From Octopus sinensis (Eukaryota), in the NCBI RefSeq assembly GCF_006345805.1, contig NC_043026.1, positions 8,060,001-8,124,000 of the forward strand: DNA of 64,000 nucleotides. The letters run 5' to 3'. Positions 51,878 to 63,700 of this stretch are shown here, piece after piece. Each line of letters begins with the position of its first letter. Within the stretch, counting starts at the first letter, position 1. Under the pieces are notes generated by a model. That model was not told where the DNA came from. It saw nothing but the letters and a program-made list of their open reading frames with translations, and did no database searches. The translations under genes were made by a program, and so were the position numbers.

Positions 51878-52173
51878 CTGTCTTGGAGGACATACTGCAT
51901 TTGGAGATCGTTAATCATGAAAGGGTTACGCAGTTTCTCATACTGTACTGCTTTCTCTAGTGGGAACCCATTGGAGAAGAAGGCGATGAGGGCATCAACC
52001 ACAGGCCAGTCCTCGACGGGGTCATCCAAGATGACCGTCTCCTCAAAGACGACCACCTCAATATAGTCAAAGCGTTCCAGTCTGTCCAGTATTTCGCACA
52101 TGGGTTTCGATCTTGACTTCTTGCGCATTGCACACACACCGACTTTGATCTTGTTGCCATCAATTGGTTTTTC
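51878..52173 (-). CDS. PPIP5K: PPIP5K kinase domain exon ([25 protein letters not shown]...QYVLQDR)
   Basis: Pyrimidine tract + CAG acceptor; donor ag|GTGAGC; 296 nt, phase 0 to 2; hallmark VGVCAMxKKSxSKPM and WPxVDxLIxFFSxGFPL motifs. Confidence 0.97.
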
Positions 52174-52214
52174 CTGAAGTTGAAGAGAGAGAAAGAGACG
52201 GAGTTAGTTACATT

Positions 52215-52680
52215 ATTTAGTTAGTTAGTTAGTTAGTTAGTTGATTTTTTGGCTCAAAAAGCAAAAAGCAAGGCCATATAGGGGGACATGGAGTTATGGA
52301 CAGGGTGGTGTTCATGCAAAGAGTTCAGGCCATTTCTGGTCAAGAGAGACTTTGAACCGAGCGGTCGTCGGCATCTTCACTATCTCGTCCGGCAGCTTAT
52401 TCCACGGATCCGCAACCCGGACGGAGAAAGCCCCTCTCCTTCGATTGAGATGAAATCGTCGCAGATAGAGCTTTTCGGAGTGACCCCGCAGCCGACGCTC
52501 TGGAGCAGGAGTGAAGAACAGCTCTTTCGAAAGGTTACACTTGCCACTTATGATTTTGTGAGCAAGAATGAGATCACCACGGCATCGTCGTTTTTCTAGA
52601 GAATAAAGGTCGAGCGTCTTCAGCCTTTCTTCATAAGACAAATGCTTGAGACCAAGAACCATGCGGGTAGCCAATTATTA
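52215..52680 (-). mobile_element. CR1 LINE 3' fragment with (CTAA)n tail; tandem copies at 53815-54070 and 54095-54520
   Basis: LSYEERLKTLDLYSLEKRR.RGDLILAHKII...RGAFSVRVADPWNKLP. Confidence 0.9.
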
Positions 52681-53333
52681 TTATTATGTTTTTTCCTTCA
52701 TCATCATCATCATCCTCATCATCGTTTAGCGTCCGCTTTCCATGCTAGCATGGGTTGGACGGTTCAACTGGCTTCTGGGAAGCCAGAAGGCTGCACCTGG
52801 CCCAGTCTGATCTGGCAGTGTTCCTACAGCTGGATGCCCTTCCTAACGCCAACCACTCCGTGAGCGTAGTGGGTGGTTTTTAACATGCCACCGGCACAGG
52901 TGCCAGACGAGGCTGCCAAACGGCCACAGAGACCAGACAAAGCTAAATAATGATAATAATAATAATAGTGAAACAGATACGAATGCATGCACACGCACCT
53001 GTAGATATACGATGAAACAGGTACACCCACACACACACATGCAGATAAACCGTGAAACATACACACACACACATACACCTGCACATACACACATACACAC
53101 ACATACAACTACACACATATACACACACACCTGCAGATAAACCGTGAAACACACACACACACACACACACGCAGATAAACAGTGGAACGGATACATAAAT
53201 ACACACACAGGAAAAAATATGGAAGCACCCACACACGCACTCACACGAAAAAGACAAACATTCAGAGAGAGACAGAGAGGAGACGAAAGGCGACACAGAC
53301 ATGCCATGGACAAACAGACAGACAGCTACATAC

Positions 53334-53465
53334 CGATTTAATGATCAAATCTTCTCCAACGTAGAACGAAGGTCGGCACTCAGGGAAATCCGCACAACTC
53401 AAGTCGTCGGTCAAATTATCAAACGACTCTACAGGGTACATCGTCGGAAAGTTGCCAGTCGACAT
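53334..53465 (-). CDS. PPIP5K: PPIP5K/VIP1 first recognisable coding exon (MSTGNF...RPSFYVGEDLIIKS)
   Basis: Acceptor AG at 53478-53477; ATG in a caaaaATG context at 53465; donor tcg|GTATGT at 53333. Phase 0 matches the next exon. RPSFYVGED resembles the PRFFVGPED N-terminus I recall for vertebrate PPIP5K2. The true start could lie further upstream. Confidence 0.75.
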
Positions 53466-54539
53466 TTTTGCTTCGTCTAATTTTTACACACAGACATAAA
53501 AATACATACTTGTGAATAAATTTATATATACATGGTCAGTTGGTCCTTCCATAGAAACATGATTTTTATGGTGCTAGATATAGTTCTGTAGATATACACA
53601 CATATCTATGTTGCGTTGTGAACTTTCTGAAGAGCAGCATAAGAATATGCACCCGCTTTTAAGTATGTATCTCTGTATGTAGGTATGTATTATAAGAGAC
53701 TTTAGCAGTGGAACATGGGTGTATAAACACAGCAGCACATTTCTGGAAAAGAAGAAGAAAGCAGAAATTAAAGAAATATATAACAACTGTATATAAAACA
53801 TCTTAATAAGTTATAATTTTTTGGCTCAAAAAGCAAAAAGCAAGGCCATGTAGGGGGACATGGAGTTATGTACAGGGTGGTGTTCATGCAAAGAGTTCAG
53901 GCCATTTCTGGTCAAGGGAGACTTTGAACCGAGCGGTCGTCAGCATCTTCACTATCTCGTCCGGCAGCTTATTCCACGGATCCGCAACCCGGACAGAGAA
54001 AACCCCTCTCCTTCGATTGAGATGAAATCGTCGCAGATTGAGAATTTCGGAGTGACCCCACAGCCGACACTCTATGTGTGTGTGTATATATAGTTAAGTT
54101 AATTTTTTGGCTCAAAAAGCAAAAGCAAGGCCATGTAGGGGGACATGGAGTTATGTACAGGGTGGTGTTCATGCAAAGAGTTCAGGCCATTTCTGGTCAA
54201 GAGAGACTTTGAACCGAGCGGTCGTCGGCATCTTCACTATCTCGTCCGGCAGCTTATTCCACGGATCCGCAACCCGGACGGAGAAAGCCCCTCTCCTTCG
54301 ATTGAGATGAAATCGTCGCAGATAGAGCTTTTCGGACGCTCTGGAGCAGGAGTGAAGAACAGCTCTTTCGAAAGGTTACACTTTCCACTTACGATGTTGT
54401 GAGCAAGAATGAGATCACCATGGCGTCGTCGTTTTTCGAGAGAATAAAGGTCGAGCGTCTTCAGCCTTTCTTCATCAGACAAATGCTTGAGACCAAGAAC
54501 CATGCGGATAGCCAGCTTCTGGACTCTTTCTCATACACT

Positions 54540-55123
54540 CATCATCATCATCATTGTTCGACCATGGTCGAGACAATCGAATTTACCATGCTACGCCAGA
54601 CTTCACGGTCCATCATAGCATTACGGAGGTCCTGTTGCTGGATGCGTGTATCCCTGGAGATTACATCAGGGTAGGAGAGTGTGCACCCTCTGGTGTTGTA
54701 AGTTCCAGACACCCAGCTGAATATTTGACAGACACTGACTTTGCTGACGACATCGCTCTTATCAGTGATTCTCTCTCCAATGCCCAGTCTCTTTTACAAT
54801 CTCTCGAACAAGCCTCAAATTGTGTAGGTCTTTACCTCAATGAGTCCAAGACTGAATATGTAAACAAGTGCCTGTCCAACAGTGATTGCATCATCCATAC
54901 TCTCAACAATGAGCCCTTAAATATGGTTTCTGATTACAAATATCTTGGGTCATACATATCATCATCTGGAAAAGATTTTCTAACTAGAAAGGGTATGGCC
55001 TGGTCAGCCTGTAATGACATGCATAAGATCTGGTCATCAAATCTAAGTAGAGACTTCAAACTTGAAATATTCAAAGCCACAGTCGAACCAATTCTACTCA
55101 ATGGCTCAGAAACCTGGACATTA
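54540..55123 (-). mobile_element. RTE-group LINE insertion with 5' inversion
   Basis: 3' end plus (GAT)n on minus (54540-54695); RT segment LTDTDFADDIAL...ETWTL on plus (54696-55123); 11-bp TSD tctcatacact. Confidence 0.85.
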
Positions 55124-56759
55124 TCTCATACACTACCTATATGCATATATATATATATATATATAATTTTAATCCAAACGGGAAACAAAAAAACAACAAC
55201 AATGGAACAATTACAGTATTATTATTAATAGGCGCTCAGGAAAAGGATCGTTTAACGTCCGCTTTCCAGGCTAGCATGGGTTGGACGATTTGGCTGAGGA
55301 CTGGTGAACCACATGGCTGCACCAGGCTCCAATTTGATCCTAACGCCAACCGCTCCGAGAGTGTAGTAGGTGCTTTTACATGCCACTGGCACAAGGGCCA
55401 GTCAGGCAGTACTGGCAACGGTCACGGAAAATTGTGGTTTTTTTTATGTGCCACCTGCACAGGAGTCAATGCAGCAGCACTGGCAATGACCTCGCTCGAA
55501 TGTTTTGTTCACGTGCTAGCGGCACAAGTGCCAGTAAGGCGTCGCTGGTAAAAATCATGCTTAAATGGTGCTTTTTATGTGCATGATGCACCGCTGTTTT
55601 GCAACACTGTTATTAGGAAGAGCCTCTTCCAATATGTGGCACTTGCTGAAGAATGGAGTTTGATGTAGCTACCCTCATTTGCACCTCTTGCCGTGAGGTA
55701 GGTTCATCTGGGACTCTCCACAGGAAGAGGTCCAGCTTTGAATGATGCATTTTACGTGCCACCGTCACATATATATGTAGTACTAGCAGTATCGCCCGGC
55801 GTTGCTCAGGTTTGTAAGGGAAATAACTATAAAGCATTTTTAGAGAGTTATAGCAAAAAAATAGCAAAAAAAGGAAAAAATGATGGTAAATTTTTTTCAG
55901 AGTAAAAAAGGTGGAGTTGCTCCCCTAGACAGTTGTTGGGTTTGTTTTCTGATTCTCGACCCCATGTCGAATTATCGATTTTTTTCAGAACTGGGGGAAC
56001 TTTTCAAAATTTTCTCTGCGTTAGTTTTGAATTATGACATTGGGCTATGTGTGTGTCAAGTTTCATCAGAATCAGTTGAAAGCCGTGGTCAGGGTGAGGG
56101 TACAAGCAAACAGACACACAGAAACACGCACAGACAAACTGCCGTTTATATAGAGAGAGATATATATATGTTTTATATATATATATATATATACCTTTCT
56201 TTTTCTGTAGTTTCAGCTCAGAGCTGTGGCCATGCTGATGCACTGCCGTTTTGCTACACTGTTATTACTGAGAGCCTCCTCTCATATGTGGCACTTGGTA
56301 AAGAATGGAGTTTGATGTAGCAACCCTTATTTACACCTCTTGATGTGAGGTAGGTTCATCTGGGACTCTCGACAGGAAGAGGTCCAGCCTTGATTTAAAA
56401 TCTCCTACATCTACTTTGTGCAAGTTCCTCAGACTCTTTGGGAGAATATTAAAAAACTGTGGGCCCCTGAAACCCAGGCTGTTGCATTAACTGGTCCTGA
56501 AGCGCTATGGCATTGCTGGGATCTTTGGCAATATGCAGTGTTGTCCCGTTCTGGCATTGATGTAGCTTTTCAATGCCAAAATTTATATATATGTATACAT
56601 ATATATAATAACAAAATAATATATAAACATATGCATATATACATACATATGGTGGCTGCCCCCTCGTTATCAAGGACAGCCATTGCATGAAGCTTAATCA
56701 ATGTTGTTATCGTGCAATGCCTGTGCAAGAAGATTTCTTCTTTTAAAGTGAGGAAAGGC

Positions 56760-57210
56760 TGTGCACTGAGTCAATCCCACTCACTAAGCAACAGCAGCCA
56801 TAATCCGAAAAGAAGAACAAGTCAACATCATTGGTAACCACTGAGCCGCAGGTTTTATGTTGGAGTTATCCCAGCTACCTGAGTTTCCTTCTCCTAGAAG
56901 GATGCCCTAGCAAAGGCTAGGAGTCCTTCACTCCCAATGGCTTAACCGCGCGATCGGGTATTCCGTCCGATTATGTCTATGTCCCTGCGCATAATACAGC
57001 CTTAAGACATTTATTGGATGGCCGTTGACTCTCAAGAGTTCCACCGCCCTTTAACAGGTTTTGTTTTTCATCCCGCAGGGTGTCCAATAAACACCCTCCT
57101 CACTAAGCGAGCTTGGTGGGGTTGCCGGTTTAGTCGCCAACGACCCGACCATGCAACAGGTAGTACTGGGTTACATATTACTAGTAGCACTCAAAAGTAA
57201 CCTGACATAC
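56760..57210 (-). mobile_element. Probable LINE 5' UTR fragment
   Basis: GC-richer island with gttggcgactaaaccggcaacccc, resembling RTE 5' ends; no ORF. Confidence 0.4.
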
Positions 57211-59302
57211 CTACATCTATATGTATATATATACATGCATATATGGGTACAGGACAACAAAAAAACGTTGAACACAATGAACCCCGTTTCACCTGGTCCA
57301 TTTGGATGATGTGGATGTGATCGTTTTCGGTTAGGCACCCAGGGCGAAATGCGTAGCCGTATTTCATCTGCCGTTACGTTCTGAGTTCAAATTCTGCCAA
57401 GGTCGACTTTGCCTTTCATCCTTTCGGGGTTGATAAATTAAGTACCAGTTATGCACTGGTGTCGATATTATCGATTTAATCCATTTGTCTGTCCTTGATT
57501 GTCCCCTCTGTGTTTAGACCCTTGTGGGTAGTAAAGAAATAGGTATTTCGTCTGCCGCTACGTTCTGAGTTCAAATTCCGCGGAGGTCGACTTTGCCTTT
57601 CATCCTTTTGGGGTCAATAAATTAAGTACCAGTTACGCACTGGGGTTGATGTAATCGACTTAATCCGTTTGTCTGTCCTTGATTGTCCCCTCTGTGTTTA
57701 GCCCCTTGTGGGTAGTAAAGAAACAGGTATTTCGTCTGCCGTTACGTTCTGAGTTCAAATACTGCCAAGGTCGACTTTGCCTTTCATCCTTTCGGGGGTC
57801 AAAAATAAGTACAGTTACGCACTGGCGTCGATATAATCGATTTAATCCATTTGTCTGTCCTTGATTGTCCCCTCTGTTTAGCCCCTGTGGGTAGTAAGAA
57901 ATAGGTATTTCGTCTGCCGCTACGTTCTGAGTTCAAATTCCACGAGGTCGACTTTGCCTTTCATCCTTTCGGGGTCGATAAATTAAGTACCAGTTACGCA
58001 CTGGGGTCGATGTAATCGACTTAATCCATTTGTCTGTCCTTGTTTGTCCCCTCTGGTTTAGACCCTTGTGGGTAGTAAAGAAATAGATATTTCGTCTGCC
58101 GCTACGTTCTGAGTTCAAATTCTGCCAACGTCAACTTTGCCTTTCATCCTTTCGGGGTCGATAAATTAAGTACCAGTTACGCACTGGGGTCGATGTAATC
58201 GACTTAATCCATTTGTCTGTCCTTGTTTGTCCCCTCTGTGTTTAGCCCCTTGTGGGTAGTAAAGAAATAGGTATTTCGTCTGCCGTCACGTTCTGAGTTC
58301 AAATTCCGCTGAGGTCAACTTTGCCTTTTATCCTTTCGGTGTCAATAAATTAAGTACCAGTTGCGCACTGGGGTCGATCTAATCAACTGGCCCCCTCCCC
58401 AAAATTTTCAGGCCTTGTGCCTAGAGTAGAAAAGAATATTGAGTTTTATCTGCTATCCAAAATAGGGATCTTCCCACTATTTCCATCATGTTACTACATT
58501 ATGCATGATGTAGGTTTTAAAGTTAATCCCTTGTTTTCTCCGTTTTTTCCATTTCATTTCGACTTAAACTTCTGTTGAATCCACTCCATTTTACAGGTGA
58601 TTTTTACACATATTAGTTCCCATTCCAGGTGAAACAAAACTTTCTTGACTTTTGAAACTCTATTAATGAATCCCCAAAATATTTAAATATAAAAAAAAAA
58701 CAATTCAAAAGTAAAACATATAGGCGCAGGAGTGGCTGTGTGGTAAGTAGCTTGTTTACCAACCACATGGTTCCGGGTTCAGTCCCACTGCGTGGCACCT
58801 TGGGCAAGTGTCTTCTGCTATAGCCTCGGGCCAACAAAAGCCTTGTGAGTGGATTTGGTAGACGGAAACTGAAAGAAGCCTGTCGTATATATATATATGC
58901 GCAGGAGTGGCTGTGTGGTAAGTAGCTTGTTTACCAACCACATGGTTCCGGGTTCAGTCGCACTGCGTGGCACCTTGGGCAAGTGTCCTCTACTACAGCC
59001 TCGGGCCGACCAAAGCCTTGTGAGTGGATTTGGTAGACGGAAACTGAAAGAAGCCCATCGTATATATGTATATATATATATATATAAGTAATACTAAGCA
59101 ATTAAGGGTTTAGCAACGAATTGCCTCACCACACACCAAATTTAGAAATAGCAGTCAAAGAGTTATAGCTATTCTTTCTACTAAAAGGGAGATCTCAGCA
59201 AAAACACAGCACTTAAATTTTCCTCGAATGAGGCTTTTACATGCCGAAATCTACTTGTGTAATTAATAATTATTCCAAATTAATTAATTTCACCTTTATT
59301 GT

Positions 59303-59355
<53 letters not shown>

Positions 59356-60635
59356 AGGAGGGCTGTGTGGTAAGTAGCTTCTTTACCAACCACATGGTTC
59401 GGGTTCAGTCACACTGCGTGGCACCGGGCAAGTGTCCTCTACTACAAGCCTCGGGCCGACCAAAGCCTTGTGAGTGGATTTGGTAGATGGGAAACTGAAA
59501 GAAGCCCGTCGTATATATGTATATATATATGTATGTGTGCGTGTGTGTTTGTGTTTGTCCCCCTAGCATTGCTCGACAACCGATGCCGGTGTGTTTATGT
59601 CCCCGTTACTTAGCGGTTCGGCAAAAGAGACCGATAGAATAAGTACTGGGCTTACAAAAAGAATAAGTCCCGGGGTCGAGTTGCTCGATTAATAAGGCGG
59701 TGCTCCAGCATGGCCTCAGTCAAATGAACGAAACAAGCAAAAGAGTAAAAGAGTAAAGAGAGAATTACATTTACATTGAGCAATTTTCGAACTATGCACT
59801 TTTATTCAAGGTCTGCCCACAGATATGGTTTGAAGTGAACTGAAGGCATTCATGCATGGCGAAAGTATTTTAGCTAGATTACAATGGTTTTAGAGAGAAA
59901 AGAAAAAAGAAAGTGGGGGCGGGTGGGGGGCTGAGAAACTTGATATAGCTATCAAAATAACTATATGGTTGACTTCATCCTGACCTTATCTAGAAGCTTG
60001 AAACTGAGAATCGGAGATGCCTAAGTAGGTTAAAGTGTACTTCTAGATTAAGAGTTTACTGTTTTTCAATGTCGTATGCAACATCTTAGTCAGGGGTCAA
60101 CAAACCAGGGCAAATTGCCCACAAATGAGGTAAAAATGGGAGAAATGAGGACTCATTAGACATAAGTAAAATCATATTAAAAAATTCTGTTGTGTCTGGG
60201 GAGAGTCATTACTCTCTTTTTGTGCCTTATTATGTAACACACTCACCGGTGAAATTTCCACTTTTTTCTTATTTTTATTTTCCTAAAATTTTCGTTGCGT
60301 CTTGCAACCTTTTCAATAGTCTTGACTCTTGAAAAGGTTGCAAGACGCAACGAAAATTTTAGGAAAATAAAAATAAGAAATAAGTGGAAATTTTACCGGT
60401 GAGTGTGTTACATAATAAGGCACAAAAAGAGAATGACTCTCCCCAGACACAACAGAACATGCTTCAACACACGAACTCATATAAAGAATCTTGCAAACCA
60501 AATCCAAAAACGAAATATATTAAAAAATATATTCCTTGTAATGACAGCAATTTTTCTTCTGTCTCGAGGAGGAAGTAAAATCGTCGAATCCATGCTAGCA
60601 TGGAAAGTGGACGTTAAACAATGATGATGATGATG

Positions 60636-60658
<23 letters not shown>

Positions 60659-60666
<8 letters not shown>

Positions 60667-60960
60667 ATTGGTGAATTGAAGAAATGGAGCTGAACGCAGA
60701 TTGAACAGAAATCGTTTTATTTCATTCTACTCGAAACACGTGTAGAATGAAATAAAACGATTTCTGTTCAATCTGCGTTCAGCTCCATTTCTTCAATTCA
60801 CCAATAATGTTTTAATTTCAATTATCCGCACCAACGCACGGTTGCAACGCCAGATGGTTGTACCTCCAACCGTGCTGTTTACTGCTGTGATTTTTGCTAC
60901 TAAGGTATCGGTTAAACTTTTGATTAATCTACTACAAGATTATTCATCTTTCTATTTCAC
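60659..60960. mobile_element. Palindromic element pivoting on a hammerhead 3' half (cGAAAC-acgt-GTA)
   Basis: Perfect arms 60659-60730 and 60742-60813; the 11-nt spacer is tcgaaacacgt. Confidence 0.7.
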
Positions 60961-60989
60961 ATAATATTATATATATATATATATATTAT

Positions 60990-61036
<47 letters not shown>

Positions 61037-62640
61037 ATAGTACATAGAAGGCCCAATGTGCGTGACACTGGGTAAGGGCAGGTGTTTTCTGCGCTATTTC
61101 TTTAGAAATGTAATCAAATTTTGTGGTGTGATGACAGTCATGGCAGACATATAACTATAGCTTGCAGGTGTGGCCATGTGGTAAGAAACACTGTTCTGGG
61201 TTCAGTCCCACAGCATGGAAAAATCCTAAATTTACAGAAGTTTGTTGGTAGGAAAGTTGTAGCGGAAGGGCAGGAAGATCAATAAAAACTCAAATCCCTA
61301 ATGTTTTATCCTAAATTTTAGTAACAATTAATTTGATTTAATTTAACCTCATTTAGCACTTGGATCAGAGGTCAGGGTACTTTTTTAACTAATTACCCCC
61401 AAATATATTTATTTATGCTGACATTACCCCCTCTATTTGAAGGGAAGAAAATCATAGATTCTTTGAATTCTAAAGGTTTATTGAATCTATTTATATGGAG
61501 AGTACAATTATAAATATAAAAATGTATGAAACAAAAGTGATAAAATAAATTAATATCCTCATTAGGAAACAAAAGGATTTTTCTGGAAACTAATAAAAAC
61601 TTAAATCCCTAATATTTTTTCCTAAATTTTAGTAACCTAATTGTCTTTTACACCCTCAAATACTGGTCTGTAAAAGCCACCCTTCAAGAGTTGACCCACA
61701 CAGAGGCAGTGATAGGTAACCAAGTCCTTCGGTGATATACCATGCTTGTGTAGACCGGTCAATCTAGGTGAGATTGTAGCCAATGCTGGTGTCACATCAA
61801 CGGCACCCATGCTGGTGGCAGGTGAAAAGCACCCACTACACTCTTGGGATGGTTGATATTAGGAAGGGCATCCAACCCGTAGAAACCATGCCAAATCAGA
61901 TTGAAACCTGGGGCAGCTTCCCGGCTTATGAGTTTTTAATCAAACCGGCCAACCCATACCTGTTTCTTTACTACTCACAAGGGGCTAAACACAGAGGAGA
62001 CAAACGGATTAAGTCATTACATCATCGACCCCAGTGCGTAACTTGTACTTAATTTATCGGAGAGTTGGCAGAATCGTTAGCACGCCGGGCGAAATGCTTA
62101 GCGGTATTTCGTCTGCTGTTACATTCTGAGTTCAAATTCCACCGAGGTCGACTTTGCTTTTCATCCTTTCGGGGTCGATTAAATAAGTACCAGTTACGCA
62201 CTGGGGTGGATATAATCGACTTAATCCGTTTGTCTGTCCTTGTTTGTCCGCTCTGTGTTTAGCCCCTTGTGGGTAATAAAGAAATAGGTACTTAATTTAT
62301 CGGAGAGTTGGCAGAATCGTTAGCACGCCGGGTGAAATACTTAGCGGTATTTCGTCTGCCGTTACATTCTGAGTTCAAATTCCACCGAGGTCGACTTTGC
62401 CTTTCATCCTTTCGGGGTCGATTAAATAAGTACCAGTTACGCACTGGGGTCGATATAATCGACTTAATCCGTTTGTCTGTCCTCTCTGTGTTTAGCCCCT
62501 TGTGGGTAGTAAAGAAATAGGTACCTAATTTATCGACCCCCGAAAGGATGAAAGGCAAAGTTGACCTCTGCGGCATTCAGACACAGAACGTAGCAACAGG
62601 CGAAATACTGCTTCTACCAGCTCGCAGCCTCAATGATATA

Positions 62641-62677
<37 letters not shown>

Positions 62678-62689
62678 TCATAATATGAT

Positions 62690-62985
62690 AAGATAAGATA
62701 TGACAAGTTAGCTTTGGAGGTTAAGCAGTTGTGGTCAATGAAAAATGTAGCAGTAGTACCAATAATTGTTGGAGCCCTGGGAACAGTGAGCAAAAATCTC
62801 GAGAAATGCGTGGAACAAATAGGGGCTGCAATAAGGGTGGAGCACTTGCAGAAAACAGCACTGCTTGGAACCGCTTGAATACTCCGGAAGGTGCTGGAAA
62901 AATGAGAGGTGTTACCTTAGTTCACTGGTAGTGAACAGCTGACACTGTAGTACATCTCCAGCATTAGAAGCTGTGCAAAGCAATA
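62690..62985 (+). mobile_element. Dong/R4-clade (RLE endonuclease) LINE 3' fragment in (TAA)n
   Basis: YDKLALEVKQLWSMKNVAVVPIIVGALGTVSKNL...LQKTALLGTA*ILRKVLEK; (TAA)n on both sides. Confidence 0.8.
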
Positions 62986-63289
62986 ATAATAATAATAATC
63001 TTTTCTGCTATAGGCACAAGGCCTGAAATGGGGGGGGAGCTAGTCAATTACCTTGACCCCCAATGTACAAGTGATATGGCATTCTTTCGATATAACTCGA
63101 CAAAAATCAAGCCATTTCACTTTGGGTATTTTCCGTGGAAGCAAATGACAGTTCGATTCTGTTTTCTGCTTGGAAATTTGCGGATTTTACACACACACAT
63201 GAACCAGGCAAGAACAAATGTACAAGGCTTTTTTTTTCTTCAAGTTTAAAATGAGACATTGCAGGCATAATTTCGTTATATCTATACTC

Positions 63290-63700
63290 CACAACCCAGG
63301 GAAATACCCTAAGTGAAATGTTTTGATTTTGTTGAGTTTCAAACTCCACCCGTCTAACACCTGTGGACATATCTACAAAGTCAGAAAACAGCACAGCTCC
63401 CATGACTTTCGGAAACATTTTTTCACGCTGAGAGTTGCTGAAGCATGGAACAAACTGCCTGCATCAGTTGTTAGTTGTCGGAGCACTGCATCCTTCAAAA
63501 CTTCCATGCTTTCTGAGATTCGCCAACACTACACCTGATTTTCTCCCCTCCATACACACACAAGCACGTATCTGACTCATACATTGTTCGTTACCCAGAC
63601 ATTTGTACATTACTGCATATTCTTTATATGCACTTTTGACAAGTTGTGGTGCACCTGAGCACTGTATACAATAATTTCATTATTATTATTATTATTATTT
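63290..63700 (+). mobile_element. CR1-type LINE 3' fragment with (ATT)n tail
   Basis: CGHIYKVRKQHSSHDFRKHFFTLRVAEAWNKLP. Confidence 0.8.

Noticed and set aside
57115-57170. HDV-like ribozyme at the putative RTE 5' end (gg-gtcg-ttgg-cga-ctaa)
   Set aside because: P4 and J4/2-like parts only; I could not build P1, P2 or P3.
59915-59935. GC-box-like gggggcgggtggggg as a promoter element
   Set aside because: Isolated motif with no CpG island, TSS or exon support.
60325-60365. gttgc-aagac-gcaac-GAAA hairpin in the 60185-60457 palindrome
   Set aside because: No CUGANGA and no stem I.
2763-60813. Palindromes as long-read fold-back artefacts
   Set aside because: Arms differ by substitutions, one arm is interrupted by a Helitron, and junctions recur at ribozymes. 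An artefact is not excluded for the perfect 60659-60813 case.
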